64,000 nucleotides of DNA from Lingula anatina (taxonomy: Eukaryota > Animalia > Brachiopoda), in contig CM120640.1 of the NCBI GenBank assembly GCA_051362555.1, positions 4,898,001 to 4,962,000 on the forward strand, given 5' to 3'. Both the position numbers and the translations under genes were made by a program. Of the stretch, positions 35,698 to 57,820 are shown in pieces. How positions within the stretch are numbered: position 1 is the first letter of the stretch; every line of letters begins with the position of its first letter. The notes under the pieces were generated by a model. The model saw nothing but the letters and a program-made list of their open reading frames with translations, was not told the DNA's origin and searched no databases.

Positions 35698-37748
35698 AAG
35701 AGAGATGGGGGGAAGCTTACCCACTAAAACCCCTTCCAAAGAAGAAGTTCAAAAGGCCCACTGGGTCCAATGTTGCACCTCTACCAAAACTTGCTGCTAA
35801 ACATCCAGCTAGTGACAGAGTCAGCAAAAAGGCAGAATGCCCGAGGTCTCTCTTCAAATCAAAAATACTGAGGACTTCAAGAGCTACCCCTCTGTACGTT
35901 AAGAGTCACCTCAGGACACTGCCGATGATGAAGACAAGCTTTCTCTCAATTTGGGCTTGCCATTGCGACACAGTAAATTTAAGAGCACATTAATTTCTGT
36001 GAAGCTAATGGTGGATCTTACATACAAGAGGGTCCCCAAAGAGATGTTGACCAAATGGGTATGCTCACTAGAACAGTGTCTCAGTAAGGCTTCAGAAATG
36101 TAAAGAGAGACAGGGGGGTTTGGAGGCTTCTCCACTGAAACCAGCACCAAAGAAGGGCAAATGATCCACTGGGTCCAACGCTGCACCTCTGCTAAAGAGG
36201 CATAATGTTACCAGTGCCCAACAAATGTACACTGCCCTTTAGTCTTCTGGTGCTCATGGCTGCTACCCAGTGGTGTATAAAGTTTACCCTGTCAAGTAGA
36301 CAAGCTTCAGTCAGTGGACTGGAGTAAGCTCATTTCAAAACTTTGAATTTCCTCAGGAGGGAATTTGCTGCTGGAAAGCTTATGGCATTAGGCAAGAAGA
36401 GCCGATCCCTGTGTCCAGGTTGCAAGAGTTTGGCAGTACAAATGCTACCAACTAATTAGTAAGACTCCATAGACTTTTAATTCACATTTTAAGTATCAAT
36501 TAGATCAAATCAAAACTAAGAGAGGCACTTTTTCATGTACCCAGACCAGTAGTAGCAGTCCTGTAGGAGGTCAGATTGGGCCTACCCCATAATTCCTGTC
36601 TACCCCATAATTGGGATGAACTTAAAGACTGCATTGTCCTTCATCAAGCCCATACAGGTATAAGGCAATGATCCTTATAGAAAATGGCTTCAAGAATAAA
36701 ATATACTAAAGATAAGAGAGAAAGGCAGTGCAAGAAAGCAACATTTATCTTTGATATAAAAGAACATGGAGGATAATGGACTAAAGAAGACAAATGAATT
36801 TTTTGAAGGATCTCCTTTTCAAAAATTCCAATACACTCAGTCTCAATGACCCCTTACCAGACAAACAATTTGTCCAAAAACGTAAATAAGATGCTGATGG
36901 TAATCTCCACATGATACTGGAACCAGTCCAGAAAAAATGCCCCCATCACCTTTGTCCAATGGCAGTCAGCTTTCAGCATATATTTGGCAGTCTTTTCAGC
37001 AAGAGAGACAACTTTTTAATGTATCCAGACCAGAAGAAGCAGTCCTATAGGTCAGATTGGGCAAGTCCTGCCTACCCCATAATTGGGATGAACTAGAAGA
37101 CTGCATCGTCCTTCATCCAGCCCAAACAGGTGTAAGGCAAAAACCCTCACAGAAAACCACTTTGAGAATAAAGTACATCAAAGATAAAAGAAAAAGCCAG
37201 AAAACAATGTTGGTCTTAATAAACTATGATGTACTATTAGTATAAGGAGAAACAAGGAGGTTGAATTTGAGATGCATAACAGCTTGTCCATGAGTATAAA
37301 GCATTCTCTTTGGTTTGAGATTGCTTTCTGCTGATTATAGACAGATTCATGCATGTAAAAAATTATGGTCAGTAAGAAGTGAATCAAATCTGGGTAGAGC
37401 CAAGGAAAGTGTCACATCATTCAAGAATATATTGAAATGTACACATCCAGGAAAATTAAAGGTAAAAAATAGGCACATTGGATTATTCACCTGGATAGAA
37501 GATTTTACCACAAGCAAAATTAATGAGGTTGTTGAGTCACCACAATTAAGACCCCATAGAAAACATTATCTTTCACTTGGCCAACAGCTCTTAACAAAAC
37601 AGATTTTCTTCTCAAGGCAAGTATTTACAACTACTGGCCAAGAGATCACTGATATTGATGTGACAAGTGTGCCCTATAGCTTAGACCCATGGATCACTAC
37701 CTGGAATCTAAATCAGAAGAAAACTGGTTGTCTTGATATCATGGGAAC

Positions 37749-39904
37749 CAGAGTTGGAAATAACTGCCCGTCCCAACGTCCTTGACGGTCTAATTTCATG
37801 AAGGACGGGTAAAAATAATTTGGAGACCGTCCTGTGGTCGGGCCGCACTTTGATGTCGTTAGTAGATCTGAGCGTGAAACATCGCGTCTTTCTTGATTTT
37901 GATTTTCACACATTTACCTATATATAAGTATTTTTAAAATATAAATCACATGAGCATTCCGAATATGGGAAAATAGGTCAGAGACACGTCATTACATCCG
38001 AGTACTTCCGACTTTTACCGCAGGAAGATTCGCTGCAATAAGCCAATCAAATGTAAGGTAACATCAGTAATATGATAAAGAAGACAATGTGGCGAGCTAA
38101 TGTAGCGTACATTCACAGTGCCTTAAATTTTGGCATCCTTTAATGAAGAGTCCATTTTTATACCGTTTAAATTTGTCCAGAATGTTCTTCCTTGACGAAA
38201 GCGGGCCGTAAACTGAACGGCACGTGTTGCAATATAAAATTTGACGGTTTTCGTTACATATCAGCCAACTAAACTCTGCTTTCCAACTTGGAACAATCGT
38301 CTGCTTATTTTGGTTGTAGTCTTTACGGTCCTCCGTCGCTGGTCGCTTTTCACGATTTTTTTCAGGAAGGCCAAGAAACTTTCGAAGTGTTTCTAAAGAC
38401 GTAGAAGACAATGTACGCTATATTAGCTCGCCACATTGTCTTCTTTATCATATAACCGATGTTACCAAGCATTTGTAACCCATTTAATATTGAGCCAGAA
38501 TGGATAGTTTTGAAGAATTTACTGTATAAAAAGTAGGTTGCATATTTAAGGTTAACAGAACTATATATTATTAAGAGAGTACAGTATCAGTATTGGTAAG
38601 AGTTCATGTTTTAACTGTATTGCAAATGAAATACAAGGTGCATGTCATGTCGTGGACCAAAATCAATGAGCTGTATGGAGAGCGGTGCTCAAATGTATTA
38701 GGTTTAGTTGATTTACTTCTGTCACTGCATGCTGGTACAGTAGAGTATGAACGTGGGTTTTCCCAGATGAAGATGATCAAGAATCAATGGAGAAACAAGT
38801 TGAAAGCATCATCTATGACTCTGCTAATGTCAATCCACCTTCATTCAAGCACAATTCAAGAATCTGCCCCCAAACCAGCAATAACTCAGTGGTGCACTGG
38901 TGCAAGAAGAAGGCCAACTTTCATGGAAAGATGCAAGCCCAAATCTACTGTTGACCCATTTGAGGAGATTATTGTTGATGTGGAGCAGGGTAAAAGGGAG
39001 GGCACCAGCGTTCAGGTGCCAAGTGAGCAGCCAACAAAATCTGTTGACTTGGACTCTGAGTCAGATTTTTCAGACATGGAAGAGAGGGATGATGACTACA
39101 GTGAATCTGGTGGAGATGATTAAGGGAATTTATTTAGCAAAAATCTCATGAGTAAATGCAGGGGTTTTTCAATAAATATTTTGAAGAGTTAAAACAATTC
39201 AAACAGAATGACTTGATCTTTGGTAAAGTGAAGTTTTCATATACCAGGACAAGCACTGTGACTTGCAGTTGACATTCACCAATTTTATTCACCAAACTGA
39301 TACTATTTTCCTTGCAAGCTGCTACTGCTTACCATGCCAATGATTTGATAGTTAAGTTTTGAATTTTAATGCTCCTTTCATGAAAATTGCAGTGAAGTAG
39401 ATACTTCAGTTAAATTAAAATACTTGCTCTTCAGTACTGACTGTATTGACTACGGTATTGTGCATTTTGTTTCTGGCAAACGGTTTTGCTATAATTTTGT
39501 TTTAATAGATATTAGGTAAGGTGCATATATATGTTTATTTTTATTTATTTATTCATTTATTTATTTTTATCTATTTTATTTTTCTATTTTATTTTTATTT
39601 ATTTTATTTTTTATTTTTTGCAATCCATGATGTATGGGTGGGGGTACAGACCATAACTGAATAAAAAAATTAATTTGATTCTTTGGTATAAAGACAGCAC
39701 TGGTATTATGACTTTTATTTATGAAGTTTGAAAGAAAACAACATTCAAAAATGTCTTGAATTATTAAATTTAGTCATACATGCATTCTATTATCATAGTT
39801 CTGTCGATTTTATGAGGACAGGCTGGTTTATGTTAGGACGGGTAACTTTCAAGAGTAACCTGTCCTGCTGTCTGGTTGAATGTTAAGAGGAGTTTCCAAC
39901 CCTG
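37749..39904 (+). mobile_element. Deleted and rearranged hAT DNA transposon (ZNF862-like transposase)
   Basis: TIRs CAGAGTTGGAAA / TTTCCAACCCTG. Degenerate 8-bp TSD atgggaac / ctggtaac. C-terminal dimerisation motif LLLSLHAGTVEYERGFSQMKMIKNQWRNKL (38593-39123, +). TTF-type Zn-finger relic WKAEFSWL..LYCNTC (38097-38411, -). Confidence 0.85.
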
Positions 39905-40229
39905 CTGGTAACAAAAACTAACATGCCAAAAAAAATAAATAAATAAATAAAATAAAACCAAAAAGAAAAATATGCAAAACTTTTTTCAAAAATCCAATCA
40001 AGCAACTTCACCAAATAGATAAATGCATGAATCATCAGATAACATTACCGAGTGAATTGTATAAACTACAGCAATATGGACAGATGGAAGTGATTGCTGC
40101 ACGCACAGACATTACTATCTGTACATTATACTAAAAACTAGCAGGTATAAAATGATTGCCATTTGTTCAAACAGTGCACTGTGTACACATTAAAAATTAA
40201 GCAGTCTGAATTACAAAACTAAATCTACA

Positions 40230-48356
<8,127 letters not shown>

Positions 48357-48931
48357 CTTGAAGTAGCCACTCCACACAGCTTGGTTATTGTTGTTGATTT
48401 GCAAACTTAACAAAAAAGGATTAAAATGATTCGATTATTACTTCTAATGCAAGTGTTAACTAGTATCTTGGACCTAAATATGAAAGGACATGAAACGCGG
48501 CATCTTCCTTTGAAGCTATGTGCGTTCGTGTAAACATTTGCCCATTGTCTCAGATAAGCTGTTTTGATAGCTCCATGGGAGCCTGAACAACTTATTATCA
48601 AGGTAGCACGCGCTGTGCCTCATTGAAATTCTTTTGTTCTGTTGCATGGATAACGCAATTTCTCGCGGTCCCTCGTGGTTGCTATGATACAGCATTGCCT
48701 CCATCTTGCAGTTGCTAGCACATAGACTTGCGCCAACACGTGGAAATTTGTTTCGGGTTTTCAGTATCTTTTCCTGTTACCTCATTAAAACGACCATTAC
48801 CCAAGTAAATATAATCATGAAGTTTGCATGTGTACATGTCCACATTTATACTTTAATTAAAAGACCAATGAGGGTGTTTGTCCATCGTCTCTATGCTGTT
48901 TAGGGACTCCAATTTAAAAATGAAAACTATT

Positions 48932-49695
48932 AATTATCATTCTCAAACTGGAGCAGACCATCGGCGGTAATGTGTAAATATATATATACTTCAGAGCAGT
49001 GATAATGTCAACTTTGATAAAAGAATATTAAAAGGCCCACAGGTGCGTTTTTGTGCGTAACGAATGTGTGTGTGGTGCCATATTGCAATAAGAGCCCACA
49101 TTGAAAGTTAAAAAAATAATAATTTTCATTCTCAGACTGGAGCAGACCATAGTCGGTAATGTGTAAATACATATATACTTCAAAGCAGTGTTAATGTCAA
49201 CTTTGATAAAAGAATATTAAAAGGCCCACAGGTGCGTTTTTGTGCGTAACAAATGTGTTTGTGGTGCCGTATTGCAATGAGAGCCCATATTGAAAGTTAA
49301 AAAAATACTAATTATCATTCTCAGACTGGAGCAGATCGTAGCCGGTAATGTGTAAATATATATATACTTCAAAGCAGTGTTAATGTCAACTTTGATAAAA
49401 GAATATTAAAAGGCCCACAGGTGCGTTTTTGTGCGTAACGAATGCGTGTGTGGTGCCATATTGCAATAAGAGCCCACATTGAAAGTTAAAAAAATAATAA
49501 TTTTCATTCTCAGACTGGAGCAGACCGTAGTCGGTAATTTGTAAAATTATATATACTTCAGAGCAGTGTTAATGTCAACTTTGATAAAAGAATATTAAAA
49601 GGCCCCCAGGTGCATTTTTGTGCATCAAGAATGCGTGTGTATTGCCCTATTGCAACGAGAGCCCATATTGAAAGTTAAAAATATTAATTATCATT
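48932..49695. repeat. 189-bp tandem repeat, 4 units, upstream of TGS1
   Basis: Unit starts at 48932, 49121, 49310 and 49499. Confidence 0.93.
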
Positions 49696-50457
49696 ACATA
49701 ATTCGGGCTCACATGAGCAAGTAACATAAACCTTTACATATTGTACACAGCAGTGTAAATGCCACCGTTATCTAAACGGTACGTAAAAAATACCAGACCT
49801 AAAACGATGTCACCGAGTTGAATAAATCGGAGAGGAATTGCGTCATTTTAATTCAAGACACGATTGAAGGTTTCATTATTGCCGCGTCTCAGGCTAATTT
49901 CTCACATAGAGAGAAAAGTTTGACACTAGAAATATTTTCCAATCGGACCATAGCTGAAAACAAGTATACTACACTACAATTGTACAATTTTGAATGCTCA
50001 TTTTACGGCAACAAACAAGATTGCCTTTACCACATAGGGCATTTTGAATTCCTCCATGAACAAACATAACAAATTCTCACATAGTTTCCAAATTCACAGA
50101 ACAAATTGTACTAATACTTAATCTCTATAAGTGTATTGTCCCATCCACCCGATGGATTGACTCACGTTATCGCGAACTACCTGCCCAAATGACACAAAAA
50201 GTCATCGACAACTGCAATATGCTCGCTACTTGTACAGGAGGTCACGTGATCCGAACGCACATGGTTTCGCGAGGAGCTCACGTTAAGCCGATTATCCTTT
50301 GATGTAGCTCAGCGTTTCATGTCCTTCTCTTATTATGTCCATGCTAGTATGAACATAGAACACGTTTTTGGTGGTGCTGTTGAAGCATCCCAAACTCGAT
50401 GGCCAGGTTCTGTTCAGCTTTAAATATTTTAAAGTCCTAGTAAGAACTACCGCTTAA

Positions 50458-51590
50458 AGATGCATACAAAGTCAATTTTTTGTCACAAAAACCAACCAAA
50501 TACCAGCATGTAGTTTCAAGTAGGACAACTAAGAGAATTACCAAAAGGCATTGTTTAATTTTACCCGAAAATGATGTTTGAATGGATTTTTCTGCTAGTA
50601 TTCTATATGCTGTACATGTATACAGTATGCCAATGGGGAAGAAAAGTACCGGTAGGTCCGAAAGTAGGTTAAATTTCTGACCAAAAATTTAAAGAAAGGA
50701 GCAGTCTAAAGCTCTTTTATGGCTGATCAAGTGATCGATTCATTTTATCCCTTGGCATGTCGAATTTATTTGAGTCATAATAAGAAACTAGTAGAAGTAG
50801 GTAGATCACAATCCGCTAGGGGCGCTACAGTCGTAACTGTCCACGGGCAGTGAAGTGTTAAACTGAAGTCGGCCTGCTGACAGTTCGCCTATGGAACCCC
50901 TTTTTTAAATCTCTCTTTTAGCGCTGCGTAAAAAAACTAATACAAGCCATTAACTAAATAAGTTGTAAATCAAAGAGTAAAATCCGGTCACATGATTTTC
51001 CCATGTTGCAGTCTTTGACAAGTTTCGGTTCTGCTTGTTTTAAGTTTTGCCTCTACAAAATGCTAAAAAATTTCAGGTAAGTGCTGGTATCATCTTTTTG
51101 AAATTTATATCCAGCAAAGTTTATGAAATTTGCTATATTATGTAGAAAAATCATGAAATTTGAAGGTTGCGAAGTATAGTTAATTTAATCCGCAATATTA
51201 CATGATGTGAAAATTACCACAGGGAAATAGCTCTGCCCTGATTAGTCACAGGCTATGTGAGCCAGACAATAGGCTGAGCACACAAAGACACACAGGGTGC
51301 TCTGCTGCGCCTGAGTGATCACTGCTGGTCAGTGGGCACAGGTTTTGAGCTGAGAAGTGTGGACACTTTTGGTGGATTTTTGCAGTTAAAAAACTTCAAT
51401 ATCTTTGTTGCTTGTAGGAATATTTAAAAAATTCCAAATGATTTCATCCTGTTTTTGCATTACCTTTCAGATGATATAAGTATTTTAATTTTCTGATCAG
51501 TTTGAAAATTTTTCTGATATACCTAGTAGAAGTGGTTTACATGTGTTACTGGGAATCCACGCTCCAACGATGCTCGGTTCGTATGTACCT
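50458..51590. mobile_element. Possible TTAA-associated non-autonomous DNA transposon
   Basis: ttaa-agatgcatac ... gtatgtacct-taaa, imperfect TIR. Weak evidence. Confidence 0.35.
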
Positions 51591-52438
51591 TAAAAATTTT
51601 AAATGCAGTTAAATATGTGTAGCACGTTTATATTCCACTTGCTTTGTAACTACAGTTAGCACTCGCAATTAATTTAATGGTCTAAATTCGGGTTGAGCCT
51701 GCTCATAAAGCCTACTGAGTACAGTACAGTACGTCTCACTCATTGCATTCGTATCAAATATCTCATCTGACACGAATTTTGAGCTTTTGAAATCATGTTT
51801 TAATTCTCTCAAACAAACTTACCGCGCTGATAGATCACAGCTGACTGCTTTAGTTCATCTTCAAACTGACTGCATATAAAATTGAGAAGTTGTCCACTTT
51901 CAACAATGTGCTTGGGTTTAGCCTTGACCTTGATAGTTATAAGGCACACTCGGTTCAGCACAACACTTCTATGAGCACAACTAGCGCACTCAGCGCACCT
52001 GTTATATTTACTACAGTAAAACAAAAACGAAATCTAATGTCTCAAATGGTGGTTTTCGTTTACATGATTTCTCTGTATCAGGGTTGCAAATTTATTTCTC
52101 TTTTCGCAATACATAATGGTGGTTTAAGATCGAAGTCCCAACGATCAATCCCGCCTGAAAGTTCATAGAGCCTCGTTTTGAACGAGGAAGTAATTGTTAT
52201 TGGACTACTTTCGCTTTGTCAGTCAAGGTAGCCAAGGTACTGTTTTTTTACGTCAAATGTTCCGAAACGGCGCTACTTCGTGACGCGGACTCCACTGAAA
52301 AGTTTCAAATAACGGCCATGACGCTATATTTGTCATCCAGTTGTCATATGATTGTTGTCGGCTGTCTTGGACCTAGATCTACATGTATGTTATGCTTGGG
52401 CTGCATGAAAAAATTACTTACGTTGTTTCACTACTAAG

Positions 52439-55400
52439 ATGGCGGAGGGGGGCGAAGACGACGACATCTCAGATTATTGGGAGGATGATACATTTGTCGA
52501 AGATGTTTTTCCTTTGAAAGATTTTGTCGAGTTTCATGCTCTGCCGCAGATGGTAAAAGTGACACAGGGAGTGTATTCTGAACTAGATATTTCAAACGGG
52601 GATGTTTACATGCTGAACAAAGTGGAGGTAGAACGCAATGAAGTGACGATGAATTGCCAAGTGGATGGGAAGACGATACATTTTTCCTTACCGACCTGCC
52701 ACCCTGCTAAATTTAGAGTTTTGCCATTTCACGATAATTACCAGTACTCTTACAAAACAGTTGCAGACTTGATAAATGAACGTCCGTTTGTTGTGAGAGC
52801 CAGATTGGCCTACGCAGAAGATGGGGTTAGTGTATTTGAGGCGGGAGAACAACTCAAACTCATAAGAGTTTTAAAATTGAACGGCGAAAAGTTTCTTGAA
52901 TGTTTGCTCATACGCAAGTCAAAGCTAGTACAACTACCAGAGTACTGCATTGGTAATTTTGCAGAGGTGGACACTGGTGAGTACTTCACTGTAAAACAAA
53001 TGGTAGAAAATCTACCCCACAAAAGAAGACTGAGACTAGCACCAGGGGTGTTGAGTGCAAAGAAAGGGATACCAAATCTGCCTGCAAATTATGCTGATGA
53101 CATCTGGATGGAAGAACCCAGGTTTGTTGTCAATGCCAGCCCTCGTGAGAGCCCAGGTGAAACAGTGCTGATACCATTGGATTTAGGTATAGAGGTCAGT
53201 CCTAGAGAGAGCATGTATGGTGGATCAAGTATCACTTATTATCCTCTGGAAGAATTTGTGTCAAAGAATGTACAGTTTATGCCCTTAGATGTGGTAGTAG
53301 CAGAATGGGATGAGTCAACAACTGTCTTGGAAAATAATAACATCCAACCTGGCACTCACTTATTGATGCATGATTTGGTTCCAAATATCCCTAAGGTATT
53401 AGCTCAGTCAGGAGACATGGTTTTCCTCATTCCAACTGACTATCTGGGAGAATTTAGTCAGATTGAAAATATCTATGAATCCATGGAAAGGTTACAAAAT
53501 GCAAAGCCTACAGGTGTCCTCCGTGTAATGGAGGCAGCATGCCCAGAGCCCCCAATGATGGAGGGTTTCCACCAAGGAGACTGTATAAGGGTGAAGAGTT
53601 ATGAGCTGTGTTATAGCCGCCCAGAGGAGGGTGGTCCTGATGAAGAAGTAGAGTGCATCTGGATACAGAAACTTGATCAACAGACAGGAGAAGTCATAAC
53701 AGAAATACAGGTACCAACATCTGTCCATCTTAAAGTGAGTGAATCCATTGAAGACAGATCAACTTCTAAATTCTCCCTTGGAAATTTCCGATCAAAGTTG
53801 CACCATTTTCCAGCCACGGTAAAAATCATATCAGAGGATCCCCACCTACCTGCTGAAGATGACCCCTTGCAAACACATCTGAAGGTTGGGGAAATAATGT
53901 CATTTACAGGTATTGTAATGGAAGACTGTGTTCTTGTTCGTTCAAGTGACACTTGTTTCAGGCTACCTCTGAGGACTCAGATTTATGTCCGCCATACCAA
54001 GAGCGTAGATGAGGTGAAGCCCAATGTTCTACATTTGTCCCCTGTAGATCGCTGTCCAGAGTTAATAGTGAACAAGGATACTGTGAAGAAACTGGAGAAT
54101 CTGGCTGCAATGTATGAGCAGGTTGACTCCTCTTCACCTCTACCAGTTGGGTAAGATGTTTATTTGCAAAATGAATAATTTCTAAAGTAAAAAAATAATA
54201 ATAACAATTTGAGCTTTTACTATATTACATTATAAATAGGTACATTGTATCACCAAATTTATAAGGAATAGTTATTATCCCTTTAATAACATGACTTTGG
54301 GACATTTTCAGATGTGTGTAGTATACCTTGTAACCTATGGTTTAAGAATAAAGAACAACTCAAAAAATCCTAATTAGAATAGACATTTTTCACTGTAATT
54401 TTAAAAAAATTTAATTATTGTACAGTGTTAGTTCTAATCATCATTTTCATCTAGCACCTTTTATTAAAAATCCTCATTTGAATTATAAAGTATGCAATGG
54501 TAAAGTATGTAATGTTTCATTTTCTTCTAAGTCATCTGATTGTATGTGTTTTTTTTACTGTGAATATCTTGCACTTCACAGGAAAGTGGCACGTTACAAA
54601 AGTGTGGGTACTCCACCTAGGCCACCCAAACCTAAGAGGAACAAATCCTTGCCATCTGACTACACGTATGTGCAGAAGACATTGCCGCAGCTGGATACAG
54701 GTTGACAGCTTTATTTGTATTTTGTGCCATGTAAATTGTTTAAATATGCAGTCGTATGATGATATTTTGGCCAGACAAGTTATTGCTGTTGATGCCCAAA
54801 TGAAAGTGTACCTCTGGGAATCATATCATTGTGGATTTGATATTGTAGAAAGATGATAATATTTTACCTGTTTTTATAATAGGATAATGATATTTAATCT
54901 ATTTTTATTTCTCCAAATCAAGTGTTAAGTGTTCACCTATCTTAAACATATACCTGTGCCATTTCATTTTCAGAAGTGAACTATGATGATGTATTTGCTG
55001 AGGAAAACTTAAGCAATGAAGGTAATGTATGGGTATTTGATCTAATAAGATGTCAATCTTTTTGTCTGTTACCAAGCAGAATGAATCAATTCTTTTAAAA
55101 AATTAAGCAATAATAACATTAATTGTACCACCAGCGTTAGCGCTGGCGGTACACATGGATTTAGTCCCATCCTGATCGTTCTGCCGGCTCCGCCGGATGG
55201 CTACCGTTACCGCTTCTCCTAGACGGTAAGGGCCTCCGTACCCATCTCTTGGATTTAGGTCACCTATATCTCAACTCGTTCCACGTAAAATTTGGGCTTT
55301 GTCGGTATTAGGGTCTAGGTGTGGCACTCATTGCAATGCACCCTTGTCTAAAAATGGCAAAATTAAATGCTAATTATCTACCCTACGGAAGGAATTATGG

Positions 55401-57728
55401 GAAAAATATTTATACAGACAGCTTTCCAAAAGTTATATGTGTAGATTTCAAATATGCCCTTGGATTTGACCTTTGACTTTTATTTCAAGGTCAAACGGGC
55501 CAATATTTTCAAAAAAATGAAATTTTTTACGAAAAAAAAAACTTTTGCCCTGTTATTCAGACACCACACAGACTTAACCAATAATATTATTGGAAAGTGT
55601 TGCCCTTCAGGTCATCTTTCATCTCTGTGAATTTGGGGTCAATCTGTGCATTTTCACGAGAGTAGCGGCCATAAGATACCGAAACTGAAAACTGTCTCTA
55701 ATTCGGGAACCGTTAATGCTAGAGACCCATTCTTTTTTGCATTTTGTAGAGCATGTAAAGCCCAACACTGGTGGTGGTCTCTGTTTTTTTGTATTCCATA
55801 CGGTTTTCGAGTTACGTGGTATCAAAAAGTACATATTGGTGGTGAAAGCAAAATGTGCAGTACGGTAATGGATAATAAATTTTGAACTCCAGAAAAATAA
55901 AACATAAGGCTTGGCGAGGCAGACAACTTGTGGTCAAAAATGACATTATTTCATCAAATTTGAACATCTGGAACTTCAGAGCACCTCCCATTTCAAGAAT
56001 TTTGACCAAAATGACCATTTCTTTATTTTAATTAATTTTTTCTGTACGAAATTTATGGCACATTATTGTAACTCCAAAATTATAACATTTAGTCCCTTAT
56101 ATCTCCAAAACTGGCAGAGATAGGTCCATAGTTACTATTGAAGTTGAATAGGAAGTCATATACTGGCAATCTAAATGTGACCTTGAAATTGACCTTTGAC
56201 CTACTTTTCATCATGAATTGAACTTTGCAAATTTTGTTCCCTTTTATCTCCAAAACTGGCAGAGATAGGTCCATAGTTACTTTTGAACTCGAATAGGAAG
56301 TCATATACTGGCAATCTAAATGTGACCTTGAAATTGACCTTTGACCTACTTTACACCATAAACTGAACTTTGCAACTTTTTAATGCTTTTATTTTCAAAA
56401 CTGGCAGAGATACGCCCATAGTTACTATTAAATTTGAATAGAAAGTCATACGAGGCAATTTACTGTGACCGTAAAATTGACCTTTGACCTACTTTTAACC
56501 ATGAACTGAACTTTGCAAATTTTGTTCCCTTTTATCTCCAAAACTGGCAGAGATAGGTCTACGGTTACTATTGAACTTGAATAGGAAGTCATATACTGAC
56601 AATCTAAATGTGACCTTGAAATTGACTTTTGACCTACTTTTCATCATGAATTGAACTTTGCAAATTTTGGTTCCCTTTTATCTCCAAAACTGGCAGAGAT
56701 AGTTCCATAGTTGCTATTGAACTTGAATAGAAAGTCATATACTGGAAATTTACTGTGATCTTGAAATTGACCTTTGACCTACCTTACTATGAACTGAACT
56801 TTGCAACTTTTTAATACTTTTATTTTAACTTTGCAAATTTTGGTTCCCTTTTATTTCCAAAACTGACAAGATACGCCCATAGTTACTATTGAATTTGAAT
56901 AGGAAGTCATATACTGGCAATCTAAGTGTGACCTTGAAAATTACATTTGACCTACTTTTTATCATGAATTGAAGTTTACAAATTTTGGCTCTCTTTTATC
57001 TCCAAAACTGGCAGAGATAGTTCCATAGTTGCTATTGAACTTGAATAGGAAGTCATATACTGGAAATTTACTGTGACCTTGAAATTGACCTTTGACCTAC
57101 CTTACTATGAACTGAACTTTGATTGTACCATTTTTAGTTATATATTTTTTTTTTGTATATTTTGAGAATTCTTGTTGATTGCAGTTTTTACAGCTTGTCA
57201 AGCACAAGACTGGTGATGGTGTCCCTTTTTTGTGTGTGTGGGGGTCTATACGATCGCGCTTACTCCAGCTGGTGGTACAATATTCGGAGGTATTATCGCC
57301 TCTCTGATCCTCTAGTTTCATAATAACTTTGGTTTTAAACATTAAAACATCTAATATTTTGTTGTGTTTAACTCTGATAAGAAGAGCAATTATTTGCAAA
57401 ATGGCAACTCTCCTGTTTTAAAATTTAAATTTTTTAAATATTTTAACAGAACAATTTGAATACCACTGTGTATTTTTTTTTTTTTTTAATAGTTGTTGTG
57501 GATAAGTTGCCTGATCTGGTTTTATTATAATAAATAGAAAAGATACCAAGTCCCCAAATGTGTAGCAAATTTTTTATGAATAAGTATTGAAAAAAATGTG
57601 CAGCTTATGAAATGCTACTGAAAAATGGTAAATACATAAAAAAATACTCATTTAACACATAACATTACTTTCTTCAGAAGATAATGATGATGATTATGAG
57701 GAAGACAGCTATACTTACATAAAACCAG
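52439..57728 (+). CDS. THEMIS/GAREM-superfamily protein with two CABIT domains, PPRPPK motif and acidic Tyr motifs; 3' end outside window
   Basis: Exons 52439-54150, 54582-54700, 54974-55021, 57678-57728, phases consistent, no stop reached. CABIT-like motifs LPQMVKVTQG, YKTVADL, FLECLL..VQLPEYCIGNF, second repeat PLEEFV..FLIPTDYLGEF..VECIWI. Then GTPPRPPKPKR, DYTYV, NYDDV, DDYEEDSYTYI. Confidence 0.82.
55122..57316 (+). mobile_element. Helentron/HINE-like family 1, second copy (about 7 satellite units at 56090-57120)
   Basis: Reverse complement of 7312-10351 with the same 5' palindrome, subTIRs, hairpin and CTAGT end. Confidence 0.85.
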
Positions 57729-57820
57729 GTAAGATTTTCACACTTATTGAGATATTTTAAAACAGATTTTCTTGTCTTTGAAGCAATATGTCAAAGGTGG
57801 GTGCCTTTTAAAATACCCTT

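Noticed and set aside
35251-35993. 162-aa ORFs on both strands
   Set aside because: They run through a (TA)n tract (IYIYIY); no domain evidence.
50812-50828. CTCF-like motif CCGCTAGGGGCGC
   Set aside because: One base short of consensus spacing; single occurrence with no other support.
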